Virus record (IMG/VR): IMGVR_UViG_3300006922_000034
Coordinates: 1-52,491 of that record
Direction: 5' to 3' (one strand)
From: a virus
Lineage: Duplodnaviria; Caudoviricetes
DNA length: 52,491 bases
The position numbers and the translations under genes are program-made. A model generated the notes under the pieces. That model did no database searches and was not told the origin of the DNA. It saw only the letters and a program-made list of their open reading frames with translations. Shown here piece after piece: positions 27,701-41,200 of this stretch; the first letter of the stretch is position 1, and each line of letters begins with the position of its first letter.

Positions 27701-29256
27701 CAGGTACTTTACAATATGGAAACTTAGAAGATAACAATTATCTTTATGCAACTGACATTACTGCTGTTACAAGTACAGATAAGATTAGAGTAAGATACGA
27801 AAATTACAAACAACGTCTTACAGAAAACATAGATTGGCATATTGTTGACACGTTCAAAGAAGCAGATGGATATACTGATCCTTCAAAAGTTATTGTTGCA
27901 CCTTTTGACACAGATAACGACCTAGTACCTGATAAACCATTGCAATTTAAAGATTTTGTTGGGGAAGAAGATTTAGTATTTTTAGAAAACTATTTAGACT
28001 ATGATGGGTACACATACGAACGTCCAGCATCTGGTGGAATTTTAGATCTTAGAGAAGAAATAGATGTAGATATTATAGGTTCAGGCACAACTGCTACAAT
28101 AAGTCCTAAAACTTATACAAACAATATAGCATTTAGTGATCTTAATTGGTTAGTTGTTGACGCATACAATATAGTAACATCCAAATTAAATAATACTGAT
28201 GGTTATGCATCAGGCTTAAAAGTATATGTTGCTGATATAGATAAAATATACCTAATGACACCAAGTAGTACTAATTCAGAACATGTAAACGCAGTAGAAA
28301 CTACAGATTGTGCGGTGTACAATGGAAGAGGTATGACACAAAACAGTTTACTTCCTGAAATAACACCTATGATATTTAAATGGGAACATGTTGCAAATAA
28401 AGATGTAAGAATAGATCCTAGTATTAGTAATGTAGTAGAAATGCTAGTACTAACAAAAAACTATTATGAAGATATTAAAAAATATATTAATGTTCCAGGA
28501 ACAATTTATCCTCTACCACCGACTTCAAACGAATTAGCAACTGAGTTTGCTGAATTAGAAGAATTCAAGAGTGCTAGTGATACTATAATATATAGAAGTG
28601 GTAAATTTAAAAAGATATTTGGTAGTGATGCAAGTCCTGAACTACAAGCAAAATTTAGAATTGTAAAATTGAACGAAGGTATAAGTGATAACGAACTAAA
28701 GTCCAAAGTAATTACAGCATTTAATCAATACTTTGATGCAACAAACTGGGACTTCGGCGAAACATTTTATTTTACAGAATTATCTAGTTATGTACATTCT
28801 CAACTAGCAGGATTGCTAGGTAGTTTAGTTATATTACCAAGAAATTCTACAGGTAAATTTGGAGACTTGTTCTCTGTTAAGGCAGAGGCAGATGAATTGT
28901 TCTTAAATACGGCAACAGTTGCCGATATAGAAGTTATAGATAAAATATCTAGAACAACATTGTCAGGTTCTACATCAGGATCAGTATATACAACAAACAA
29001 TGCATCAGCAAGTACAGGTCCATATGCAATTAACGGATATTATCCTTTGTATTCAAACGAAACAAATTCAAATAATGCAGGAAACGGTACAAGTCATACT
29101 CATGTATTTTACGGAACAACTTTTTACATGCCTAACGGTTTAGTTATGGGCTCAACAATGTTCCATGGCACATATACAGGAAATGTAAGTACAACAACTA
29201 ATACAACCAGTAGCAGTGGCGGGTCCGGCTCTGGTTCAAACGGAAGTGGTTATTAA
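24733..29256 (+). CDS. gp6: Baseplate wedge protein gp6-like, extended (1507 aa)
   Basis: YDFDTLR, FNDYIESSE, ENFLETAERRESV.KLARMLGY.P, FPDGNFG..P, ESLESIKQRAP..Y.TQNRM....DY. Confidence 0.88.
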   Translation: MALSQRQTNLFAAEDWKIAYKAFNNVDFTSYDFDTLRLAMVNYIRTNFPENFNDYIESSEFIAIIELLAFLSQALAFRMDLNSRENFLETAERRESVFKLARMLGYNPRRNTAASGLVKIKSIKTTEPLIDSLGANLSNKQVFWNDVNNPESYEQFITILNSAFSNTNRFTSPIKKGVVGGITTELYRITKQISASQTFPYTLNVNGISRNFEIVDGDFLNGKYFYERHPDPLNNLGLFYRNDGKGLDSSNSGFFMMFKQGTLSFSDFNFNTPIPNRVADLTSSNINETDVWVQEINTSGAVISKWIKIPNTVGQTLNYNSQAFGTRNLYATENLDNDGVRLKFPDGNFGNMPNGIYRTWHRTSDGVSYSLQPDDARNITINVPYENRNGSPYTMTITLALQNAVNNSLPTESLESIKQRAPQTYFTQNRMISSQDYNVFPFAKSSNIQKLSAVNRTHAGHSRYIDINDPTGTLQNIDLFADDGFLYKMDKTTNVSTVISGNNTANNVVENILPLYFKNQNLNNYVYDSFRDKWKKYKTNSFDIESLGVKWNPLPVKLTGTTGYFTETSSAGAAGTEKVLTNTFVSFKQFQENNFLKLVNPSDMTEYKWVRITKESNAGLLSSGLSTSTGPWTLSSSVPTGWRVTEVIVTLRKKLQGSELPDVQAQMENKKTFGIGFAPTNITDGLLADQWYVIENANLDKTSKFDVSNAGSKNNTPDDASWLILFEYEAVDLNSYRYNVTIRGEQYVFNSKEDIKFYNVKNIKVLDSDNKANTDKISITTFNNQPGSSETFRWYLDGTGSTGNKWFSEETGTVTDPNQYKLELPLRSRDTNWYDIEIDWISNFGILRGEGSAKANVISKDLFVNDATVTLNTYFDDGVSPELSGNMTVANNMGRVSRIPGKINVSFTNATFGYNIFDGSGNITYKAYNPTTSQVEIYHGNTMVNGFSNANSDVYSYGTAGTTVPIAHGGSGTNYRGNVQLVEANLSAKTGTLQYGNLEDNNYLYATDITAVTSTDKIRVRYENYKQRLTENIDWHIVDTFKEADGYTDPSKVIVAPFDTDNDLVPDKPLQFKDFVGEEDLVFLENYLDYDGYTYERPASGGILDLREEIDVDIIGSGTTATISPKTYTNNIAFSDLNWLVVDAYNIVTSKLNNTDGYASGLKVYVADIDKIYLMTPSSTNSEHVNAVETTDCAVYNGRGMTQNSLLPEITPMIFKWEHVANKDVRIDPSISNVVEMLVLTKNYYEDIKKYINVPGTIYPLPPTSNELATEFAELEEFKSASDTIIYRSGKFKKIFGSDASPELQAKFRIVKLNEGISDNELKSKVITAFNQYFDATNWDFGETFYFTELSSYVHSQLAGLLGSLVILPRNSTGKFGDLFSVKAEADELFLNTATVADIEVIDKISRTTLSGSTSGSVYTTNNASASTGPYAINGYYPLYSNETNSNNAGNGTSHTHVFYGTTFYMPNGLVMGSTMFHGTYTGNVSTTTNTTSSSGGSGSGSNGSGY

Positions 29257-32200
29257 TGGCTAAAATTTATAAACAATTACCTGAAGTTCTACAGACTGAG
29301 GCTAATAAAAACTTTTTTGAAACAACTGTTGAACAATTATTCAGTGCATCAAATATAGAAGTTATTACTGGATTTTTAGGAAAGCAGGATTCTGCAAACC
29401 ATAATTCAGATGGTTCTTATATTAGAGAAGCAACAGCAACAAGGCATCATTATAGTTTATCTCCAGCAGTTAATAATTTAAATACAACAACTGGTACAAG
29501 TGAAAACTTTATTTTTTATGATGAATTAGTTGACACATTAAGTATTTCAGGCGTAAACACAAAAAACCATAATAGATTATTTGCTACAGAATATCAAAGT
29601 TTCTTACCTCCAATTGACATAGATAAATTTGTAAACTATCAGGAATACTATTGGAGTAATAATGATTTACCATCTATTACAATAAATGGTACATTAACAA
29701 ATCCAATTGACATAGATACAGAAGTATTAGGCAAAAAGAATTTTACCTCACCTAACGGCATTACATTTAAAAATGGTATGGTAGTAACCTTTGGTGGTCA
29801 ATATGTTATACCAGAAAATAAAACTAATAAAGATTTTTATGTAGAAGGTGTAGGCGAAAGTATTACATTAGTTCCTAAAGTACAAAATATTGGTTCACCA
29901 TATGCTATTGCTATTTTAAATAGTTGGGATAATACTAATTTTACAGAAGCAGACAGTAATGTAAAATACACCGCTGGAAATATATCATCAGTTGTTATAT
30001 CTAACCCTGGTATTGGTTATGTGAATCCAACAGTAAGTTTTACAGGATCAAATACCACACTTGCAACAGCAACAGCGAATGCTAATGCCATTGGATCTAT
30101 ATCAGATGTTACAGTTACAAATTCAGGTGCAAATTATAGTGGCCAAATAAATTTAGTTTTAAATAGTGATACTATTTCTACAAATATTAATACAGCAGTC
30201 ACTTATGTAGACTTCTTTGATAACGATCTTAAAACCATTCCTACACCATACAAAGTTTTAGCAATTAACAGCACTACTAATGTAAAAGAAGGACAACTAG
30301 CAACAGTAGACGGACAAAGTAGTTTAGTAGAATCAACTACTACCTCTGCAATACAATCTATAGACAATGTTGTTGCTCGTTATGATACTAGTAGAGCAGG
30401 TGGTGTTTATACAGCATCAGGCACAACAAGTGGCACAGGATCAGGACAATCATTTAGAGTCACAGTAATAGGTGAGACAAAACTTTTAAGTATACATAGT
30501 GTAAATGACAGTTATTCAACATGGTCATCAAATACAGCAATTAAAACAGCAAGAACATCTATTGTTAAAGATAATGTTGCAAGTACATCATCAGGAAACG
30601 GTACCGGAGCAACTTTCAAAGTTGTTTATGATAACTTTAGTGGTAATAGTCCTCATGTAGCAGTATCAGTTGTAAATGGCGGAACAGGCTACAGAAGAAA
30701 CGACACAATTACTTTAGCCGGTAGTAGTATAGATTCTGTTGGTGGACCAAACATTACATTTAAAGCATATGAAATACAAAAACCACAAGGCATAACAGCA
30801 GTAGCAGGTGTAACACTTAGCAATAGTAATGTAACAGGTACACATATCGTTGACATGACTAACTTAGGCCATATAGGTAATATATCAACAAGTGCAAATG
30901 GTGTTGATGCTATTTTTAAAGTAGTTGCAGACGGTAATGGCAATGCAGTTGTAACAATTATTGACGGTGGTATTGATTTTGTTGACAACGAAACAATTAC
31001 CATTAATGACGGACTGTTAGGAAGTAATAATTCAGGAACACTAATATTCAATGTAAGTGATGTAATTACATTCGGTGATACTAATATAGAACTTTTAAAC
31101 GGTGGTAGTGGTCATGCAGTAAACGATGTAATTACAATTACAGATGCTAATTTAGGAAGCGGTGGCGGAAACGATCTTAAATTTGATATTGCTAGGACTG
31201 GAGATATCGTAGTATTAGATAATCCTGTAATATTAGACCAAACCTCAAATTCAGCGATATCATTTGTGGGTAGAGGTGCAGAATTCCAGATTAGAACAAG
31301 TATGTTCCAACTAACATCAAATGTAGATGGAACATTTATTTCTGGACTATCCTCTATGGCACTAACTGGTGTAGATCCAGTTACTGGAAAATTTTATTTA
31401 GGTGGGTCGCCTGACACAAACGAAGATTTCGGTTGGGATAGAGATGCCGATGGTGATGGCGATGGTGATGCAATATGGGGAGGTAAGACAGCACAAGAAA
31501 GTCCAGACTATAATGTATTACAAAGAGGAGCCACCAACAGAAATATTTGGAGCAGAATTAATTTTTGGCACCACAGACAAAACTTTTTAGATGCAGGTGC
31601 CACAGTACCTGATAAAAAATATCAAGCAACAAGACCTATTTTAGAATTTGATAAAGATATAGAATTATATAACTTTGGTTATAAATTTGTAGGAGAAATA
31701 TCCGTTGTAAGTAGAACTCTTTCTAAAGTAGAAGTAGACGGATTAGTAACAGGCTCATTAATAGATGATGCCCCACTAAGTGTTGGTACAACAATCATTT
31801 TCCCTAACGATGAACCTATAGTTTCAAAACATGTATATAAAGTTGCTCATGCAGGTGGACTAATAAGTTTATCTAAAGTTGGAGACCCTAATTTAAATCC
31901 TGCAGGAGTTGAAGAAGGAGAAACTGGATTTGTTCCTCTTACATTTATACAAGGAGACCAAGTAAATATTAAAGCAGGTCTATTTGGATATGGTAAAGAA
32001 TACTGGTGGAATAACAATAAATTAGAACTTTGCCAGGTTAAAGAACAACTACATCAAGAACCTTTAATGAAGATGTATGACGATAAAGGTCAAGACTTCA
32101 CAGACGAAGATATATTTCCAAATACATCATTTAAAGGTAATAAGATATTTAACTATAAGATAGGAACAGGTACAAATGATACAGTATTAGGATTCCCACT

Positions 32201-35200
32201 ATCTTTCAAACCTTTTAAAAGTACAAGTGAAATAGAGTTTGAAAACTTTTTAGGTACCGAAGTAGTCAATTCTGGTAATGTCACAAAAACAGATGTTCCA
32301 GGATACTATTATTATAAACTATTAAAACAAACACCTGAGTATCATTCTTATTGGAAAAACTCTGACAATAAGTTTGAACAAGCGATAAAAACATTTTATT
32401 ATGTAAATTCATTTGATGTAACAAACGCATTTAACAAGTTCTTTATAGGATGTAATCCAAAAGTTAATACAGACAATGCTTCTGGATACGACATTAATGT
32501 ATTAGTAAATGGTACACCAAGAACAGATTTTACCTATACATCTAATGGTATAATAGAATTTACAACTTACAACTTTGTTAAAGATGATATCATTGAGATA
32601 AAAGCAATTAGTGATAAAAACGGATTAATAAATGAAAGGTCAATTAGTAAATATGAGACTCCACTAAGTTGGGCACATAATTCTGATAACGAAGACATAA
32701 CAAGTATTTCCGAACCAGAGTATTTACAGCATTTTCAAAACTATATGTCTAACCAAGACGAGTTTACTGGTAATGCATTAGGAAATAATAATTTTAAAGA
32801 TACTAGTAAAAATAGTAAACATGCTAAAGATATTGTTAAAGCAGAAGAAGATTTAAGACTTGCATCATTCTTATTAAATGACCAACCTCATAACCTACTA
32901 GAAGCATTAAGATTTTCAGAGCAAGAATATATTAGATATAAAGGTAGATTAAGATCAGAACTTACAAAATATTTTACAGACTTTGATACAACAGATTTAA
33001 AAACAGATTTTATATTAGAGAAAGTATTAAGAAATGTTGTAACATTTAGTGTTGGTAATAATGTATTCCAACAGTCCTATGTAATTCCCTTTGGAGATAA
33101 CTTTACTGAAGAAGTCTTCACAATAAACTCTATTGATGTTTTAAATTATCAAATAGAAAAATATTTAGACCTCAGCAAAATAGAAAATTCTTTATTAGTA
33201 TACAGGCAACGAGGTACATCTCAAATACTTTTAGATATAGACCATGATTACACTATTACAAATACATCAAACTCCATTACAGTAAACTTATCCAGCACAT
33301 ATGATAATCAACTAGGAGATAAACTTTTAGTAAGATTGTATGATAAGGAAAGAGATAGTGCAGAGTTACCGCCTACACCAAGTACTATGGGAATGTTCCC
33401 TCTGTACGAACCTAAGATTTTAACTGATAATTCTTTTACTACTCCAGTACAATTATTATTAGGACATGACGGAAGTAAATCGGTATTACTAGGTGATACA
33501 AGAGACGACGTATTACTAGAATTTGAAAGAAGAATTTATAACTCTGCTAAGAAAGAATTTAGAAGTGCAAATAGTTTACCAGGATATAATTATACTGATG
33601 TTAAATCAGGATATTTTAGACCAAACAACTTATCGCAAAATGAATGGTTTGATCTATTAAGAAATAGTTTTGCAGACTGGGTACAAAGTAATAATGTAGA
33701 TTATATTAAAAATGAAATATATGATTCCAGTGATGAGTTCACATGGAACTTTAGGGGAACAACTGATTTACCAGGACATTGGAGAGGATATTTTGAATAT
33801 CATTATGATACAGTAAGGCCTCATACACACCCTTGGGAAATGCTAGGATTTACAGAAAAACCTAATTGGTGGGATACTTTATATATTACCTCTACATATA
33901 CAAATTATAGTAGTAACAATGTTCCTATGTGGGAAGATTTAGAAGAAGGTATTATTAGAGACGGAGACAGAGAGAACTTTACATCAGGCTTATATAAATC
34001 CATAACAACAAATCCATACAGAAGAATTGGTTTATCAAACATATTACCAGTAAGTTCAACAGGAACCTTAAAATCTCCATATGATATACAGACTACTGGA
34101 ACAACAACACTTACTAAGGCATACACTAATGCTACAGTAAATAATTCTTTAGGATACCTTACAACTAGTTTCTTATTAACAGACGGACTATCAGTAGGGT
34201 TTGATAGTAGTAATGTTTATGTAACAGGAAAAAACATTCCTAACTATGCAACTACTAAAATTGATACAACCTTAAGTAATGTAAAAGAAGGAAGTGGTAA
34301 TTACAATATACCTAGAGTAGACTTGGTTGCTGTTGCTAATAGCAATGTATCATTAGAGAGTTATGCAATTGGTGTCCTAGTAAATGGTTTACCTTTATAT
34401 AATATCAAAGACAATGCTAGTTGGAACGGAGAAGATGTTTGGCATTATAACAACGAATTTAAAAATAGAAATAGATCAAGTAATACTATTGCAGAAACTG
34501 ATAGTAACGGCGTAACAAAAACTTACCTACCAACTGTTGATATGTCAAGTACATCTGCATGGGGTAATGCAACAACACATTCGGGTATTATAGGCTGGGC
34601 ATTTGACGGATTACCTATTTACGGCCCTTACGGATATTCAGATCCTTTAGATGCTACAAGTGATGTAACAAATATTAAAAGTTCGTTTGTACTTAAAGCA
34701 GGTATAAGAGCAAGTGGACCAGGTGGAGATCATACTGGTGCATTTGTAGAAGACTACACCTGGGATTCTTCCCTAGCAGGACAAGACGGATACGCAGGTA
34801 GATGGAATCAACGAGTTGGTGTAACTCCTGATTCAAGTGGTGCACAAATTAAATATTATGTTTGTACTATAGACGACAGTGGTAAACCAATGTTCCCTTA
34901 CGCAGTAGGCGGTGGAGAAAACAATGACACAACAAATCAAACTGCATTAACATATGGCAACAGATATTATGCACAACCACAAAACAAAGAACTTAATACA
35001 TTGGGCACAGGGTATACCAGTTCAACAGCCACATCAGCAATTACTAGTTCTTATAGCGAAACGAAATCTAATACAGTAGCAATCAACGAAGACTGGAGAT
35101 TTGGTGATGGTGCTCCTGTTGAAAATGCATGGAAATATTCTGAAGCATATCCATTTGCAATTACACAGGCATTGTTATTAGCCAAACCAGGTATGTTCGC

Positions 35201-38200
35201 AACGATGTTTGGCGACCCAACAAGACTTATTGTACCACCTATGAATAAAAAGGTACTAGTAGATAAAACATCTAGAAAGTCTTGGGACTATAAATCTGCA
35301 GATAACTTTACTGTTCACGGCACAAAGGATGCAAACGGAAACTTCTTAACTAATATTGGTTATACTCAATTTATTAAAAGTTATCTAAACTTCCAAGGAC
35401 TTAACATTACAACAGATTTTTATGACAAATTAAAATCCTTAAATGTAAAACTTGGACATAGAATGGCAGGATTTATTGATAAAGATACTGCTACAATAAG
35501 AACAGACCAATACAGTACAACAGGGACATCTACAAGTTTAATTATACCAGATGAAAACATTCAACTAGAGTTACACAATTCCCCATACAAATCTAGGAAT
35601 GCTTATAGTGGTGTAATAATTGAGAAATCTACAAACGGATATAAAATAAGAGGTTACGATAAAAATAATACATACTTTAATATTTTAGAATCAGATACTT
35701 CCGGTCCAAGCCAAAGTATTACAAGGGGCGGAGACCCTGTAAGTTTTGCAAACTGGACATCCACAGTTGCATATCCTCAAAATAGTATAGTAAAATATTT
35801 AGATCAATATTATCAAGCAAAAAATAATATAGATGCAGATACTGGTTTTATAACTACTGACTGGACTTTATTACCAGCATTACCAACAACAGGAGGCGCA
35901 ACTGGTGTTGTTTATACAAACTCTACAGGAATAATTAAACGTATAGATTACGATAAAGAGTTTCTAACTGTACAAGATGTATTTGATTTCCTAATTAGTT
36001 TAGGTAGATACCATGCTTCGTTAGGATTTAACTTTGGTGAATATGATAATAGTATAAACGATGTCAGAGACTGGAACTATTCTGCAGAACAATTCTTATT
36101 CTGGGAAACAGGCGGATGGGAAGTAGGTAACACATTAGATTTATCTCCATTGTCCAATAAAGTTTCCTTTGCTAAAACCAATGAGTTTGTTGCAGAAGTC
36201 AAAGTAATAGATCAAAATCAATACTCATTGTTAGATGAAAATGGAGTATCTATTAATCCTAAAAATTGTGGTATTGTAAGGGAAGGAAATAATATAGAAA
36301 TAACTCCTCCTACAGGAAAGCAAATATACTCTGCTATATTATACACTAAGCAAACTGAACATGCTTTGATTGTTGATAATAAAACAGACTTTGCTGATAC
36401 AATTTTTAATACATTATATAACCAAAAACAAGACAGGCTTTTTATAAAAGCAAAAAGAACATTGGGCTGGGAAGGTAGATTAAGTAGTGAAGGATTTATT
36501 ATTAATGGAGAAGAATTACAGCCTAACTTAGATAATATTACGTCAACAATGGGCGACTATCATAATCTAGGATTCATACCAGTTGATAAACAAGTATACC
36601 AAGCATCAAGAGGACTTTTTGGATTTGATCAGAAAACATACTTAACAGATTTAGATATTTTAGATGACCAGCAAGTAGAATTCTTTAAGGGTATGATACA
36701 AAATAAAGGTACATTAACAGGTATTGGAAAACTTGCTAAAAGTAATTCTATTGTACAAGGTAATGTAACTGTATTTGACGAATGGGCTCTAAAAGTAGGT
36801 GAGTTCGGTGATATAGATAATGAACAAAGTATTGAACTTGCACTTACTAAAAAAGATATGGTTCAAGACCCACAACTTTTCAAACTAGAGTTTCCAGAAG
36901 ATACAACAGGATTTATTAAAGAAATCTTAGTAACAGAAAATAAAAGTTCTTACGAGACAGTTCCAGAAATAGAAATATCTGCACCCACAGAACCAGGTGG
37001 TATACAAGCAACAGGAAAAGTTAATTTAGTAGCAGGTGTTATATCCAGCATAGAAATAACAAACGGAGGTTCTGGATACGATGAACTTGCAACTGTTCAA
37101 ACTATTTTAGGTAATGTGAATGTAACAGGTGCTGATCTTAAATTTAATTCTGTAACAGTTGCAAGTAGCGACCTTATACCTGCGGCAAACATTACAGGTA
37201 TTAATAATATAACTATTACAGATCATCTTAATAGTAATTCTGCTCATACAATTGACTTATCTGGTGTAACAGAGATGGCAAACATTGCTACAAAAATTAA
37301 TAGTAAAGTAGAAACAAATGCTAATATTGTTGCTCAAGCAGTAACGTCATTTAATGCAGATGCTTGGACACTATCAAACACAACAGGATCTAATAATATG
37401 ATCGCTGTAAGTAGTCCAACAACTAGTCCAACAACATTAGAAGCAGGAATGCCTATAACGTTCTCAGGCAATGCACTAGGTGGATTAAATTTAAATACTA
37501 TATATTATGTTAGAGATATAAGTGTAATACAACCTGAAGACTTATCAGAATTTTATACAACATTTACTGTGTCAGCAACTGTAAATGGCTCAGCAGTAAA
37601 TCTTTCAAGTGCTACAGGCACTATGCAGGCGGCTGGTAGTAAAACAACAGTACTACAAATTTCAGGACAAGATTTTACATTAGGCGGAAGTGGTTTAGCC
37701 AACTTAATGTTGCCTACAACCAGAAATCAACCTAAACAAAGATATGCAATCGATGTTGCAAACAATACACAAGAAAATAATATTATAGTATCAGTATCTG
37801 GTACATCACTACAACCCTCCGGTAATTGGAGTTACGATAAAGGAGATAGATGGGAGTACACAACATCATCAACTGTTTTATCAGGCGCATATACACAAAT
37901 TATTAATACTACTGGCACAAAGCAAGGCACATCCATTTTAAGTAATAACCTTGTACAAATAGATGGGGAATATCCTTTTGTTGATGTGTATGTGAATAAT
38001 GTTAGATTAGTAAATGAAAACGGAGTTAATGTTTATAATGTTGCAAATGCAACAGCAATTACTTTCCCAGATGTAACATTATTACCAGACGGAAATATTA
38101 CTCCTGATGCTAATATTACTATTGTAGAACGAGCAACAATTGATTTTGATGATGCATACCAAGGTGATCTACCAGGTGCAGAACTTAATATTAAAGTACA

Positions 38201-41200
38201 GGCACAAGATGGTCTAGCAATTAAAGTAGAAGGAAAACGTTTATATACAATTACTGAAGACATACAAAACGATGAAATAATTACGATTGACATAGACGAC
38301 CCAACTAGATTCCTCAAGAAACCTACTGGTGTAAAAACAAATGCATTATGGCCAACAACCAATAAAGTTGATGCTACAGGTATTACAGATCCGAGTTACA
38401 GAGATATACCTAATGCTGGATATGTGAGAAGGGAAGACGTAAACTATCAGGCCTATGCGATATCAGATATACAAGATTTATTCGCAACAGATAGAATTTA
38501 TAAACCAAGCAAAGACGAATTAATTCATGTTGCATCTTCTGAAAATAAAGACTGGAATGTTTACAAATTAAGAGAAGCAGAAAACAGTAATATAAGTTTT
38601 ATAGAGCAAGAAGGAAGCGACATGTCCTCATACTTGTATACAACAGAAGATTTATTTAATTATGTAGATAGTAATCAACTACAACAAACAGATTTAAGTA
38701 GATTTATGGATTATACACTAGTACTTAAAAAAGCAAATATATCTGATAATGTTGTAATTTGGACTAACCAAGAAGTGGTAGATAAGCAATCAGCGATTAT
38801 TAAAGATTTTGGTGCTATAAGTATGATACAGGCAAATGTTGCCAATGTGGCACCTTTAAATACATACGACATTGTTGATATAGAAAAATACTCAGGGTTT
38901 GTGGCATATGGTACTTGTACAGCATCATCAAACACAAATATAGCAACTATAAATTATACAAGTGGTGCTGTATCACCGGTTAATGGAGATTATGTACAAC
39001 TTATAGATTTAGATACAACTGATACAACTTATACAGCAACATCTTTAGTACATAGTGACATTGCAACAGCAAACGCAGATTATCACGATAGTAAAATTAC
39101 TATAACAACATCTACATCTAATGTTTCAACACTAATAGCAAATGTTACACCTATAAGCCTTAACTTTACTGGTGCTGATCTAGTACTTGACGGCATCACA
39201 ACAAAAGCAAGTGATGTAAAAGATTTAACTTTTGTACCACATAGTGTTGACTATTCTGCTGGTACATTCGTAATTAATAGTGATGATACATTATTCCAAG
39301 ACTATTTTGGAAATAGTTCAGATTCTAATATTACAGCAGTAACAGGCGGTATTACAAATGTTACATTTACGGCAACTACAACAAGTAACGTAAATGGACA
39401 AATACATCAAATCTCAAATGTTAATGCATTAGAAAATACATTTACAATACCACAAAGTAACATAGCAGGACAAGTAGGAAATGTAATGATAGATTTCCAA
39501 ACAAAATGTGCCCTAGTTTCTAATACTGTTATTAGAAACGGTGTTCTTGATTCCGCTAATGTAGAAACAAGTTTCCAACCAGTTTATGCTGGTGATATAA
39601 TTAAAGTATTCACACAAAATATTAGAGGATACTATACAGTAGAACATGCTTATACAAAACGAATAGAAGAACCAAACGGAAATGTTTCTTATAAAAATGT
39701 ACAAGTAATTAATGCACCTTGGCATGAAAATATTGTTAAAACTGGACATTTTGTAGATAGAGGTGTAATAATTAATACATCTGAAGACCATGAAATACAT
39801 GAAGAATATGCAGGTAAAAGAGTATTAATACATAAGGCAAGTAATCCTTATTATAACCAAACATATAAAGTTAATAGAGTTCCAAGTAATACAAGTATAG
39901 AAGTATCAACACTTTTTGCTTACGAACCTGGTATAACAAATATCTCTAAATCAGTTATAGGTACAGTACAAGGTGTAGTAACAAATAATAAAGTTATTAC
40001 ACTTACAGCACCTGATGAGAATATTATACCATATATGATCGTTACAGGTACAGGAATTACAGAACATGTAAGGGTAATGAGTATTGCTAATAATGTTATA
40101 ACTTTAGATAAAGCAGTTACAGTTGCAAATACCGTAGAACTAACATTCCAAAATATGTCTATAATGACAACACTTGATCACGATGTTGTAAAACTAAACA
40201 ACACATCCTTTAGAATAGATGACGTAACAAGTGTAACAGGAATTGCAGATAGTTTAAACAGAACACAGGCTATTAAAAAAGGGTTTGTACAAAGTGATAC
40301 ATTCTACATAGACATTCCTATGATTACTTCAACTGTTGATATATTTGGTAACAAACCATGGGACTTTGCAGGTAGAACACCTTACATAGAAGACTTTGAT
40401 AAATGGGATCTTAAGAATTTAATTAAAACAGGTAAGTTAGTAGTAGATCCTAAAAAACCTGTACAGGAAATTAGGAAAACTGGACTTATTACTCTTGATG
40501 ATAATGAGAATTCTGTAAAATCAAAACCACAAACAACATACGAACCACAGATATTAGACCCAGTAGATAAAAATGTAGACCCTGCAATAGTGGCAACAAA
40601 CATTGCACAAGAAGGCAATGGTATGAATGTCGTAACGATTGACATGGTCACAGTTGATCCTAAATCTGCATTAAAAGGAACAGATAAAAATCCTGCATTG
40701 GGTAATAAACAAACAGCAGTACTTAATGGTAAATTACTTGCTGATGCTCCAACAAAACGTTGTGGACCAGATGCATGTGCTAAAGTTCCGTTTAGAGGAA
40801 CTCCAAAAGATGATCCATCACTAGGAAGAAAAACATGCTTTACAGGATCTAATATACCTTCAAATAGTTTTAGTGCAAACGGTTCAGGACACGGCAAAAG
40901 ACAATGGACAAGTGCTTATAGTGGTTACTACTCACCTAGAGGACAAGTAGGTGGTACAGACGGGTCACAAGGAATGACTAAACTTGGGGGTAGTATTTTA
41001 GGTGCTAAGACATGGAGTGATAACGGAAGTACAAAATCATGTACACTATCTTTTACACCAAATGTTGCTGGTAGGCTGTTTGTTCATGCATTCCAATCAG
41101 GTAAAAAACATTATAGTAACTCTAAAGTCACAGTATCAGGCGGAACAGTTATAGGACAAAGTACTGTACAAGGAAAATATTTAGGTAAATCAGGTGCTCA

